The notes: generated by a model not told the origin, from the letters alone. A DNA stretch of 24,000 nt from Desulfuromonadales bacterium (GCA_038317685.1 JBBQBQ010000005.1:6984-30983), one strand, 5' to 3'. Shown: positions 7,637-15,884, counted from the stretch's first letter. Numbers and translations are program-made.

Positions 7637-9001
7637 ATGCGCAACTGTATCCTGCTGCTGATCCTCTCTATCCTCCTGGTCACCCTCGACGGGCTGGCCC
7701 GCGCCGCCGACAGTGAGGGTACGCTGCGATTGACGCTGCCGCAGGCGGTCGTTCTGGCCCTGGCCGCCAATCCCGACTTGACCCTGTCCCGCAGCCAGGA
7801 GCGGTCCGCCGTGGTGGCGGTGGAAACAGCCCGCGGCCGTTTCCTTCCCGACCTCCAGGCCAGCGGCAGCGGCCGGGAGAACTGGCAGCACCAGGCGCCG
7901 CCGGGGACCTCCGATGAATATCGTACCGTCAACCTGGGGCTCGCCTCATCGTTGAACCTTTTCAACGGCTTTGCCGACAGCGCCGGGCTCGGCAGCGCCC
8001 GTCAGCAGCTCCAGGCGGCCTCCGCCACCCTGGAACGCCAGCGGCAGACGATCGCCTTCGACACCGCCAGCCGCTTCATCGCGGTCCTCAGCGATCAGGA
8101 ACTGGTGCAGGTGGCGGAGCAGAACCTGACCAGCCAGAAGGCGCTGCAGGAACAGATCGACGCCTTCTACCGGGCCGGGGTGCGGTCGGTCACCGATCTT
8201 TATCAGCAGCAGGCGGCGACCGCCCTGGCCCAGTTCAACCTCATCAACGCCCGTCGCAATCTCCAGGTCGACCGGTTGCAGCTCCTCCAGACCCTCGGTC
8301 AGAACCCGCCGACGACGGTGGAGGTGGTGGCGCCGGGCGCCGTCGATGTTGGCGCCGCCCTGCCGAACCTCGATCTGGCGGAGCTTTACCGGCAGGCCCT
8401 CCTGGCCCGTCCCGACCTCACCGCTCAGGAGCGGCAGCTCGAGGCGTCCCGGGAAGCGATCCGCGTCGCCCGGGCCGGCTATCTGCCGACCCTCGCCCTG
8501 CAGGCCGATGCCGGTTCCAACTACAACAGCCAGAGTCACGGCAGCCTTTCCGGCCAGCTTGGCGACGACAATCTCGGCGCCAGCATCGGGGTGGCCTTGT
8601 CGGTGCCGATCTTCGACCGCGACCAGACCCGCACCAGCGTCGCCCAGGCCCGCCTCGGGGCCGACGACGCCGCGACCCGGCTGGCCAAATTGAGGCAGCA
8701 GGTCGGGGCCGAGGTCGGCCAGGCGCTGTCTGACTACCGCAGCGCCGAAGAGCAGCTGACGGCGGCGACCGAGCAGCTCAGCTACGCCCGCCAGGCCCTG
8801 GCGGCGACCGAAGCCCGCTACCGGGTCGGCGCCTCGACCTGGATCGAACTCTCCACCGCCCGTTCGACCCTGGTTCAGGCCCAAGGGGACGAAGTCCGGG
8901 CCCGCTACGCCGTCCTGCTGCAGGGCTTGAACCTCGGCTATGCCGCTGGCGACCTCGATCCCCTGCTGAACCGCCTGAACCCCCAGGAGCACTCCTCATG
9001 A
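7637..9001 (+). CDS. TolC-family outer membrane efflux protein; first gene of the MacAB-type operon
   Basis: ATG at 7637. Signal peptide MRNCILLLILSILLVTLDGLARA. OMF repeats (LTLPQAVVLALAANPDL, AGVRSVTDLYQQQAATA, YRVGASTWIELSTARSTLVQAQ). Stop overlaps the next start (ATGA at 8998-9001). Confidence 0.85.
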   Translation: MRNCILLLILSILLVTLDGLARAADSEGTLRLTLPQAVVLALAANPDLTLSRSQERSAVVAVETARGRFLPDLQASGSGRENWQHQAPPGTSDEYRTVNLGLASSLNLFNGFADSAGLGSARQQLQAASATLERQRQTIAFDTASRFIAVLSDQELVQVAEQNLTSQKALQEQIDAFYRAGVRSVTDLYQQQAATALAQFNLINARRNLQVDRLQLLQTLGQNPPTTVEVVAPGAVDVGAALPNLDLAELYRQALLARPDLTAQERQLEASREAIRVARAGYLPTLALQADAGSNYNSQSHGSLSGQLGDDNLGASIGVALSVPIFDRDQTRTSVAQARLGADDAATRLAKLRQQVGAEVGQALSDYRSAEEQLTAATEQLSYARQALAATEARYRVGASTWIELSTARSTLVQAQGDEVRARYAVLLQGLNLGYAAGDLDPLLNRLNPQEHSS

Positions 9002-10212
9002 CCCGCACCGCCCGTCTTTTGCTGCGCAGTTCCATCGTCCTGATCGTCCTGGCGGTCGTCATCGCCGGTCTTTACCTGTGGCGCGGCGCCGGTTCGGCGA
9101 AGTCCGCCGCCGCCCCCTATCTGACCGCACCGGTTGTCCGCGGCACCTTGGAGCGCACCGTCTCTTCCACCGGCACCCTTGCCGCCGTGGAAACGGTGAC
9201 GGTCGGCACCGAGGTCTCGGGGACGGTGGCGAAGGTCCTGGTCGACTTCAATAGCAAGGTGACGAAGGGGGAAATTATGGCGGTCCTCAAGCCCGACCTC
9301 TTCAACGCCGCCGTCGCCGATGCGGGAGGGACGGTGACCCAGACCGAGGCGGGCCTCGCCCAGGCCGAGGCCGACCTGGAACGCAACCGCCCGCTCTTTG
9401 ACCAGGGTTACCTTGCCGCGCAGGAATTCCTCCCCTACCAGACCGCCCGCGACAAGGCCCGGGCGGGCCTCGTTTCGGCCCGGGCCGGACTGGCCCGGGC
9501 CCGCACCAACCTGGGGAATGCGACGATCCGCTCGCCGATCGCCGGCACCGTTATCCAGCGCAGCATCGATGCCGGGCAGACGGTGGCGGCCAGTCTCAAC
9601 ACCCCGACCCTCTTCATCATCGCCAAGGACCTGGCGCGGATGCAGATCGAGGCGGCCGTCGACGAGACCGACATCGGCCAGATCCAGCCCGGCCAGCCGG
9701 TCCGTTTCAGCGTCCAGAGTTACCCGGAGAGGACCTTTACCGGCAGCGTTCGCCAGGTGCGGCTGCAGCCGACGACGGTGCAGAACGTCGTCACCTATAC
9801 TGTCATTGTCGAGGCGGCCAACGACGACAAGGTCCTCCTTCCCGGCATGACCGCCACCGTTGACTTCGTCGTCGAACGGGTCGAGGGAGCGTTCCTCGTC
9901 CCCAACGCCGCCCTGCGCTTCAAGCCGACCCGTCCCGGCGGCGAGACGGCCGCGCCCGACGCAGAGGTTACCGGAGACGCGGCGACCGGCAAGGGGCGCC
10001 CCCGAGGCCCCCGGCTCTTCACGGTCACCGCGGAAGGGCGCCTGGAGCCCCACCAGGTCACGGCCGGCAGCAGCAACGGCCAGCAGACCGTCGTTACCGG
10101 TGACGATCTCAAGGAAGGGCTGTCCGTCGTCACCGGGGTGAACGCTGCGGGGTCCAAGCCGAAGGCGAGCTTCTCCCTCTTCGGCGCCATGCGCGGCAGG
10201 CCGTCACGATGA
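8998..10212 (+). CDS. macA: Efflux membrane-fusion protein (HlyD/MacA family)
   Basis: N-terminal TM anchor, then YLTAPVVRGTLERTVSSTGTLAAVETVTVGTEVSGTVAKVLVDFNSKVTKGE (lipoyl/beta-barrel signature), a coiled-coil hairpin, and RSPIAGTVIQRSIDAGQTV. ATGA overlaps at both ends. Confidence 0.85.
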   Translation: MTRTARLLLRSSIVLIVLAVVIAGLYLWRGAGSAKSAAAPYLTAPVVRGTLERTVSSTGTLAAVETVTVGTEVSGTVAKVLVDFNSKVTKGEIMAVLKPDLFNAAVADAGGTVTQTEAGLAQAEADLERNRPLFDQGYLAAQEFLPYQTARDKARAGLVSARAGLARARTNLGNATIRSPIAGTVIQRSIDAGQTVAASLNTPTLFIIAKDLARMQIEAAVDETDIGQIQPGQPVRFSVQSYPERTFTGSVRQVRLQPTTVQNVVTYTVIVEAANDDKVLLPGMTATVDFVVERVEGAFLVPNAALRFKPTRPGGETAAPDAEVTGDAATGKGRPRGPRLFTVTAEGRLEPHQVTAGSSNGQQTVVTGDDLKEGLSVVTGVNAAGSKPKASFSLFGAMRGRPSR

Positions 10213-10958
10213 ACGCCGAAACCCTCCTCGTTCGCGACGTGACCAAGGTCTTCAACCTCGGGGATGTCCAGGTCCACGCCCTGCGCGGGGTCTCCCTCAG
10301 CGTCCGCCAGGGGGAGTTCGTCGCCGTCATGGGGAGTTCCGGGAGCGGCAAATCGACCCTGATGAACATCCTCGGCTGCCTCGATCTGCCGACCTCCGGC
10401 GACTATCACCTCGACGGCGTCGCCGTCGGCAGTCTCAGCCGCAACCGTCTTGCTGACCTGCGCAACGAAAAGATCGGCTTCGTTTTTCAGGGCTTCAACC
10501 TCCTGGCGCGGACCACCGCCCTGGAGAACGTCGAACTGCCGCTCCTCTACGATCGCCGTCACCGGGTCGCCCGGCCCCATGAAGCGGCCGTCGAGGCGCT
10601 CACCCGGGTCGGTCTCGGCGAGCGCCTCCACCACCATCCCAACCAGCTCTCCGGCGGCCAGCAGCAGCGGGTCGCCATCGCCCGCGCCCTCGTCAACCAG
10701 CCGGCCATCGTCCTTGCCGACGAGCCGACCGGCAACCTCGACAGCCGTACCACCCTGGAGGTCCTCGCCCTCTTCCAGCAGCTCAATCGGGAGGGGTTGA
10801 CCCTGATCCTCGTCACCCACGAAGCCGAGGTCGCCCGCTACGCCTCGCGCCGCGTCGAACTGCGTGACGGCCGGGTGCTGCGCGACGAGCCGGTGACGGC
10901 ACCGCGGGACGCCGTCGCCGACCTTGCTGTCCAGCCGGCATTGGAGGAGGAATCATGA
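10209..10958 (+). CDS. ABC transporter ATP-binding protein (MacB/LolD-type ATPase, encoded separately)
   Basis: Walker [11 protein letters not shown]-loop FVFQGFNLL, signature [15 protein letters not shown], Walker [14 protein letters not shown]-loop LVTHE. Confidence 0.95.
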   Translation: MNAETLLVRDVTKVFNLGDVQVHALRGVSLSVRQGEFVAVMGSSGSGKSTLMNILGCLDLPTSGDYHLDGVAVGSLSRNRLADLRNEKIGFVFQGFNLLARTTALENVELPLLYDRRHRVARPHEAAVEALTRVGLGERLHHHPNQLSGGQQQRVAIARALVNQPAIVLADEPTGNLDSRTTLEVLALFQQLNREGLTLILVTHEAEVARYASRRVELRDGRVLRDEPVTAPRDAVADLAVQPALEEES

Positions 10959-12172
10959 AGTGGCGCAAGCTCCTCAAGGTCGCCCTGCAGAGTATTGCCC
11001 GCAACAAGATGCGCAGCCTGCTGACCATGCTCGGCATCATCATCGGCGTCGGCTCGGTCATCAGCCTCGTCGCCCTCGGCGAAGGGTCGCAGAAGGATAT
11101 CGAGGGGCAGGTCGCCTCCCTCGGGACCAACCTCCTGATGATCCAGGCCGGCAGCAGCCACATCGGCGGTGTCCAGGGGGGGGCCGGGACCCTCGAAGCC
11201 CTGACCATGGCCGATGTCGCCCTGCTGCAGAAGGATGCCCCGCTCCTCCAGGGGGTCTCGCCGGAGATCCGCGTGCAGAGCCAGGTCGTCGCCGCCGACC
11301 ACAACTGGAACACCACCATCTTCGGCGTTTTCCCCGACTACCTGATGATCCGCAACTTTCCCCTTGCCTCCGGGGCTGTCTTCGGTGAACGGGACCTGGC
11401 GACCCGCGCCAAGGTCGCCCTCCTCGGGAAAACCGTCGCCGACCAGCTCTTTCCCGGGGAGGACCCGGTCGGGGCGCGCATCCGCATCCGCAACGTCCCC
11501 TTCCTGGTCGTCGGGATCCTCGCCTCCAAGGGCCCCTCGGCGATGGGGAGCGACCAGGACGACGTCATCCTCGCCCCGGCCACCACCGTCCTTTATCGCC
11601 TCGGCGACGGCAAGACGGTCCGCTCCATCGTCGCCAGCGCCGTCTCCGGCGAGCAGATGGCGGGCGCCAAGGCCGAAATCACGGCGGTCCTGCGGGAGGC
11701 CCATCGCCTTGCTCCCGACGCCGTCGACGACTTCCACCTGCGCGACCAGACCGAGATCAACCAGATGGCGACCCGCGTCACCGGCACCCTGACCCTCCTG
11801 TTGACCGCCATCGCCGGGGTCTCCCTGGTCGTCGGCGGCATCGGCATCATGAACATCATGCTGGTCTCGGTCACCGAGCGCACCCGCGAGATCGGCCTGC
11901 GTCTCTCCATCGGCGCCCGCCCCCGCGACATCCTCTCCCAGTTCCTTCTGGAGGCGGCGACCTTAAGCCTCTTCGGCGGCATCCTCGGTATCGTCGGCGG
12001 CCTTGGCGGCGCCTTTCTCGGCGGCCGCCTGCTCGGCATCAGCGTCGTCGTCAACCCCGGGGTGATCGTCGTCGCCGTCCTCGTCACCGGTGCCATCGGC
12101 ATCTTCTTCGGCTTCTACCCGGCCCGCAAGGCTGCCAACCTCAACCCCATCGACGCGCTGCGCTACGAGTGA
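10955..12172 (+). CDS. ABC transporter permease (MacB periplasmic domain plus FtsX 4-TM module)
   Basis: [42 protein letters not shown], a large periplasmic loop, and a C-terminal FtsX-like region (GGIGIMNIMLVSVTERTREIGLRLSIGARPRDIL ... FFGFYPARKAANLNPIDALRYE). Confidence 0.95.
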   Translation: MKWRKLLKVALQSIARNKMRSLLTMLGIIIGVGSVISLVALGEGSQKDIEGQVASLGTNLLMIQAGSSHIGGVQGGAGTLEALTMADVALLQKDAPLLQGVSPEIRVQSQVVAADHNWNTTIFGVFPDYLMIRNFPLASGAVFGERDLATRAKVALLGKTVADQLFPGEDPVGARIRIRNVPFLVVGILASKGPSAMGSDQDDVILAPATTVLYRLGDGKTVRSIVASAVSGEQMAGAKAEITAVLREAHRLAPDAVDDFHLRDQTEINQMATRVTGTLTLLLTAIAGVSLVVGGIGIMNIMLVSVTERTREIGLRLSIGARPRDILSQFLLEAATLSLFGGILGIVGGLGGAFLGGRLLGISVVVNPGVIVVAVLVTGAIGIFFGFYPARKAANLNPIDALRYE

Positions 12173-12308
12173 TCGGGGCTTGCCGCTGGAGATAACTCCG
12201 TAAGGATTCCAGTACCTTTTTGATGACAAGGAGATGAAGGGGTCAAAGGGGGGGACGGTTTTTTTCGGCAAAGAGCGGGGAGATGACCGGAACCAACAGA
12301 ACCTGCGC

Positions 12309-12354
12309 AGCCGCCCGTAACCGGACCTGGACCGGCGGGCGGCTATTTGCGTTT
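12309..12354 (+). terminator. Candidate rho-independent terminator of the MacAB-type operon
   Basis: Stem agccgcccg (12309-12317) / cgggcggct (12336-12344), with inner ccgg/ccgg pairing, followed by atttgcgttt. Confidence 0.4.
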
Positions 12355-12454
12355 GAGGGGCGATTGTCAACGACGATCAAGTTGTTAGTGGGGATTGTCT
12401 CCTGACCAGGGGTGACCCTTGTGGTCGCTGGTCCTGCCGTAGCTGCCGGAAGGG

Positions 12455-12487
12455 AAAAAATCAGGGGCGGCCCGGTGGCCGCCCCTG
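12455..12487 (-). terminator. Rho-independent terminator of the PstS-like gene
   Basis: 11-bp GC stem (12462-12472 / 12477-12487) with loop cggt. On the minus strand it is followed by TTTTTT (complement of 12455-12460). Lies 34 nt after the stop at 12521. Confidence 0.8.
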
Positions 12488-12520
12488 AGGGTACTGCAAT
12501 TCCCTGGTGCGGGACCGACG

Positions 12521-13339
12521 TCAATGGTTCAGCGGGACTCCGCCGGCGGCGACAAGGAGTGGTGCCGCGGCGGCGGAGGTGGCGAATTCCACGAATTCTT
12601 TGGCGTTCCCGGACAGGCCGCTCTCCTTGAAAATAAGCGCCAGGGTGTTGACACTCGGGTAACCGGCCAGGGTCGGCAGGCGTCCATCAATGGCGAGCAT
12701 CTTCACCCTGGAGTTTTTCGCGACGTCATGAGGACCGAAACCGATGCCCGCCGGGTGGTCCTCGACGGCTGCAATCATCTCTTGGGTCTTGGTGGCGAGG
12801 AGTGCCTTGCTGGTCAGGCCGAGGTCCTTGAAACCGGGGAAACTGTTGCGCAGGACCTCCAGGGAGCTGTCGCCGTCCTCTCTGCGAGTGACGCTGATCG
12901 GCAGATCCTTGCCACCGACTTCCTTCCAATTGGTGACCTTTCCGGAGTAGATGGCACACACCTGCTCAGAGCTGAGCCCCTGGATATCGGCGATGGGATT
13001 GACGAAGAAGACGACCGGCACCAGGGCGAAGGGACGATAACTGAGACCATAGGCCCGCTCTTTTTCCTTGATGGGACGAGCGACCCGGCCGAGGATGGCC
13101 GCTCCTTCGCCGACAGCCTTGATTCCCCCGCTGGAGCCGATGCTGTCGGGAATTTGGATGCTCGCGTCGGGGTGGATTTTTTCGAAGCTGAACTTCAAGG
13201 CTTTGAGGATCATGACCCCGTCGCCGGTGCCGACAATGGATATTTCTTCGGCCATGGCAGGGGTGCCGACGAAGGACAGGACCAGGACCAGGGCCAAGGC
13301 TCGACTCAACCTCGCGATAAACCGAAAGCTGTCTTTCAT
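12521..13339 (-). CDS. Orphan periplasmic substrate-binding protein, PstS/PBP_like_2 family (phosphate-binding-like)
   Basis: ATG at 13339 with GAGGAG 6 nt upstream; the track start at 13342 is a TTG. Signal peptide ending PAMAEE. ISIVGTGDGVMILKAL...IGSSGGIKAV...PFALVPVVFFVNP is typical of PstS-like PBPs. No pstCAB genes are adjacent. Confidence 0.7.
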   Translation of the reverse strand: MKDSFRFIARLSRALALVLVLSFVGTPAMAEEISIVGTGDGVMILKALKFSFEKIHPDASIQIPDSIGSSGGIKAVGEGAAILGRVARPIKEKERAYGLSYRPFALVPVVFFVNPIADIQGLSSEQVCAIYSGKVTNWKEVGGKDLPISVTRREDGDSSLEVLRNSFPGFKDLGLTSKALLATKTQEMIAAVEDHPAGIGFGPHDVAKNSRVKMLAIDGRLPTLAGYPSVNTLALIFKESGLSGNAKEFVEFATSAAAAPLLVAAGGVPLNH

Positions 13340-13490
13340 CAAGATCTCCTCGAATAAATGTTAGGGGCCTCTGCAATAATTGGAGGCATCTTATACTGAA
13401 ATGGGGTAGTTTTCTAGAATAAGTTCTAATGCGGCGGATTATTCTGCCAACAATGGTTTCGTGACGGGGGCCGCCAGGGGTATCGTGCCG

Positions 13491-13629
13491 CCCCGGTGAC
13501 ACCCGGTTCGCCCTGCAGAATCTCGCCGGCCATTTTGGCCGAAGCCTCGAGGTCCTCATCGCCGGGAGGCTTCTGGCCGGGGGTGGGGGGGGCTGAAATC
13601 GATGAGCAGGTAGGACCCGGTGGCGGGTG
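13491..13629 (-). pseudogene. Frameshifted 139-bp internal fragment of the 15246-15884 gene (copy 1 of a direct repeat)
   Basis: Base-by-base alignment with 15476-15613 shows 3 substitutions and a 1-nt indel in a G-run. It encodes ..PPTPGQKPPGDEDLEASAKMAGEILQGEPGVTGA.. with no start and no flanking homology. Confidence 0.85.
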
Positions 13630-13796
13630 TTGAACGGGAAGCAGTGGAAGGAAAACAGCCATGGCGGGGGCGACCCAGCCATAAATAGTTTGTAATACAT
13701 GTGTATTGCAGGAGAATTTACCAACCATCCCCACCTGAATAGTCCCCGCTTGATTACGGAAGGCGGGTTCTCCATCCTTCACCTAAGGAGGCAGTT

Positions 13797-14126
13797 ATGG
13801 AACTCTACGGCGCTTCTCGCTTTCTTTCGCCCTTCGCCAGGTCCGCCTTCGTCGCATCGCAGGAACCGGGCCTGCCCTTCGAGATGACACCCCTCGACCT
13901 GTCGCGGGGAGAAAACCAGGCGGCTGACTATGCGAAACAATCGCTCACCCAGCGCGTTCCCACCCTGGTCGATGGCGACTTCGCCCGGTCCGAATCTTCG
14001 GCCATCGACGGGTATCTGCACCAGGCTGATGCGGGGCCGCCGCTGTGGGGTCGGTTGCCGCATCCTTCTGCCGGGCCGGTGTGGGTTGCCCCGGCGGGGC
14101 TGTTTCAAGCTGCGGGACCCGCATGA
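13797..14126 (+). CDS. Glutathione S-transferase N-terminal (thioredoxin-like) domain only; truncated, possible pseudogene
   Basis: MELYGASRFLSPFARSAFVASQEPGLPFEMTPLDLSRGENQ...QRVPTLVDGDFARSESSAIDGYL resembles my recollection of the YfcF-class GST N-terminus (FFSPY..S.WVALQEKGL.F....DL..GEH...RRVPLL..DDFELSESSAI.EYL). The C-terminal alpha-helical GST domain is missing and the last ~30 aa are Pro/Gly/Ala-rich. Confidence 0.5.
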   Translation: MELYGASRFLSPFARSAFVASQEPGLPFEMTPLDLSRGENQAADYAKQSLTQRVPTLVDGDFARSESSAIDGYLHQADAGPPLWGRLPHPSAGPVWVAPAGLFQAAGPA

Positions 14127-15076
14127 ATCGTCATCGGCTCGCCGGAATTCCCGGGGGGGGACGGGACGTGACAACTCTTCCCGGGGAACCCCTGAGGATG
14201 GCCCTGGCCGGGCTCCTTGTCGAGTACCGGAACCGGCGCATCCTTGCCCCGTCCTTTGAGGCAAAAGGGATGGAGCGGCACGCCGGGGCGCTCGCCGAGC
14301 AGTGGAATGCCCGCTTTCCCGGCTTCCCGACCGAACATTTTCCCTACACCTCGCTCCGGGGGGAGTTTCATCGCAAGCAGCGGGACGCCCACCTGAAGGA
14401 CATTATCGTCCGCTTGCTGGCGGACTGCGATGGTCCACCGCCCATCGTCAACCCCGCCTGTGTCTTCGGCGCACATGCCTGCGACCTGGCCCGGCGCTTG
14501 CCGCACCGGCAGGTGATCGGGACGGACATTGACCCGCGGTGGCATGCGCTGTACCGGATTCGTAAACTGGGGCATCTCCCCCGGAACTTCAGCTTCCGGC
14601 AGGACAATATTTTTTCCCCGCAACTGGATGTCACGCCGATCGCCGTCGTTTTCTTTGGTGCCTGCGGTTCTGTCACGGACGGAGCCCTGGACTATGCCAT
14701 CGCCGCGGGGGCCCGATTTGTCATGTGCCGCACCTGCTGCCACGACAATATCGGCGGCAACCTGGCCGTCACCTCGCGTCCCAGCCTGGTCAGCCACTTC
14801 TTCCGGGCCAAAAACCGGGTCTACAACCGCCTGAAAAAGGCGCCGAAATACTCCGGCTATTACTTCTCACAAAAGTACGCTGACAACGCCTATCCCCGGA
14901 GCGTCGCCGGCAGGCGGTCAAGCACTCCGGACGAATTCCTGGCGGTGGCCCGGGACTCGGCGGAGAGCGACATCTGCCGGGCCATCATCGACCTGGACCG
15001 GTGTCTCTACCTCGTCGAGCATGGTTTTCTTGTCGAGTATCAGGGCGAGTTGCTGGTGGCGGAACGGGAAGTGTGA
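14123..15076 (+). CDS. Hypothetical protein, class I SAM-methyltransferase-like (Methyltransf_32-like layout); start uncertain
   Basis: The ATG at 14123 forms an ATGA overlap with the GST-fragment stop. Alternative starts are 14198 and 14270 (GAGG 8 nt upstream). Rossmann-like strand-loop PACVFGAHACDLARRL...VIGTDIDP, then FRQDNIF, VVFFGACGSVTDGALDYA and FVMCRTCCHDNIG resemble the HACGdL...pCCyhk pattern of PF13679, from memory. Confidence 0.5.
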   Translation: MNRHRLAGIPGGGRDVTTLPGEPLRMALAGLLVEYRNRRILAPSFEAKGMERHAGALAEQWNARFPGFPTEHFPYTSLRGEFHRKQRDAHLKDIIVRLLADCDGPPPIVNPACVFGAHACDLARRLPHRQVIGTDIDPRWHALYRIRKLGHLPRNFSFRQDNIFSPQLDVTPIAVVFFGACGSVTDGALDYAIAAGARFVMCRTCCHDNIGGNLAVTSRPSLVSHFFRAKNRVYNRLKKAPKYSGYYFSQKYADNAYPRSVAGRRSSTPDEFLAVARDSAESDICRAIIDLDRCLYLVEHGFLVEYQGELLVAEREV

Positions 15077-15245
15077 AAGGGCTATTGGGGGGGGCAGGCA
15101 GGCGAGGCTCCCCCATGCCGACGGTGGGAGGCGGACCGGCGTCAGACGTGGGGTGCAGAGGCCAAATGGGGCGGGCTGCTTTTTCGCAAAAGCAGCCCGC
15201 CGCCGTATGCGTGGTCGGAAAGTGACGATGCCGCTGCGAGTTCCC

Positions 15246-15884
15246 TCAGTTTCCGGTGCCGCCGTGGAGGGTGATGGAGTGGAGCAGGGCGGCCATCTCC
15301 CGGGCATCGACCGGATCTTTGAGGGTGTCGGTGAAGTAGAGGAAGAACCAGTAGGGATGGGCATAGCCGATCAGCCCGGAAAAGGCTTTCGGCGTCCCAT
15401 TCTGTTGGTAGGTCGCATCCAGTTGGTAGACCTTCCTCGCGCCGGCGATGTCCGCGGTGGTAAAGTGGATCTGTGCCCCGGTGACCCCCGGTTCGCCCTG
15501 CAGAATCTCGCCGGCCATTTTGGCCGAAGCCTCGAGGTCCTCATCGCCGGGAGGCTTCTGGCCGGGTGTGGGGGGGCTGAAATCGATGAGCAGGTAGGAG
15601 CCGGTGGCGGGTGCGTAAATAAACCCCTGGTTCTGGGCCAGGCGCTTCATGGCCATGGCGGTCACTTCGGCGCGGGACAGGCTCTTGCCCTGATCCTGAA
15701 GGTCGTGCTCGACGTCGGCGATCATCGGCGCCACCAGCATCTCGGGAGGGGTTCGGCTGAAACTCCAGCGGGCGCTGGGGAGCTGAAAATCGATGGAAAA
15801 CTGGGGATCGATCGACAGCGTTTCGGCGCCGGCGACCCACGGGCAGGCGAATAGCAGCGCCAGCAGCAGGCTGATGATACGCAT
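15246..15884 (-). CDS. Secreted hypothetical protein; source of the 139-bp repeat
   Basis: AAGGAG 7 nt upstream of the ATG at 15884. Signal peptide MRIISLLLALLFACPWVAGA. No family recognised. Confidence 0.7.
   Translation of the reverse strand: MRIISLLLALLFACPWVAGAETLSIDPQFSIDFQLPSARWSFSRTPPEMLVAPMIADVEHDLQDQGKSLSRAEVTAMAMKRLAQNQGFIYAPATGSYLLIDFSPPTPGQKPPGDEDLEASAKMAGEILQGEPGVTGAQIHFTTADIAGARKVYQLDATYQQNGTPKAFSGLIGYAHPYWFFLYFTDTLKDPVDAREMAALLHSITLHGGTGN
15476..15613 (-). repeat. Copy 2 of the ~139-bp direct repeat, in frame inside the 15246-15884 CDS
   Basis: About 97% identical to 13491-13629, in the same orientation. Confidence 0.9.

Noticed and set aside
7946-11737. ORFs 7946-8992(-), 8938-10053(-), 9795-10820(-) and 10838-11737(-), each about 300-370 aa
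   Set aside because: They are antisense to the TolC/MacA/MacB operon, whose plus-strand products have unmistakable motifs (Walker A/B, LSGGQ, FtsX). These are shadow ORFs caused by high GC.
12234-12320. 28-codon ORF (MKGSKGGTVFFGKERGDDRNQQNLRSRP) preceded by AAGGAG
   Set aside because: The Shine-Dalgarno-like AAGGAG abuts the ATG with zero spacing. The ORF sits between convergent genes upstream of a terminator-like hairpin, and nothing else supports it.
12524-13357. 277-aa plus-strand ORF opposite the PstS-like gene, and 269-aa ORF 12966-13775(-)
   Set aside because: The plus-strand ORF is antisense to a gene that has a signal peptide, a Shine-Dalgarno and a terminator. The 12966-13775 ORF is an alternate frame that runs through the promoter region and the repeat fragment.
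13694-13707. Short palindrome AATACA-TG-TGTATT upstream of the GST-fragment ORF
   Set aside because: The arms are only 6 bp and the site is isolated. It could be an operator, but it cannot be told apart from chance in an AT-rich patch.
13426-13782. 118-aa minus-strand ORF that looks partly homologous to the 15246-15884 protein
   Set aside because: The homology is confined to the 139-bp duplicated fragment. The frame changes at the G-run relative to the source gene and the flanks are unrelated, so it is treated as a pseudogene fragment rather than a CDS.
15021-15854. 277-aa plus-strand ORF, plus 17475-18275(+), 18526-19755(-), 19161-19844(+), 20791-21585(-), 21588-22334(+) and 22295-23137(+)
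   Set aside because: All are antisense or alternate-frame shadows of genes with strong family signatures (GGDEF, LhgO, HgcA, DAHP synthase). Their translations are low-complexity.
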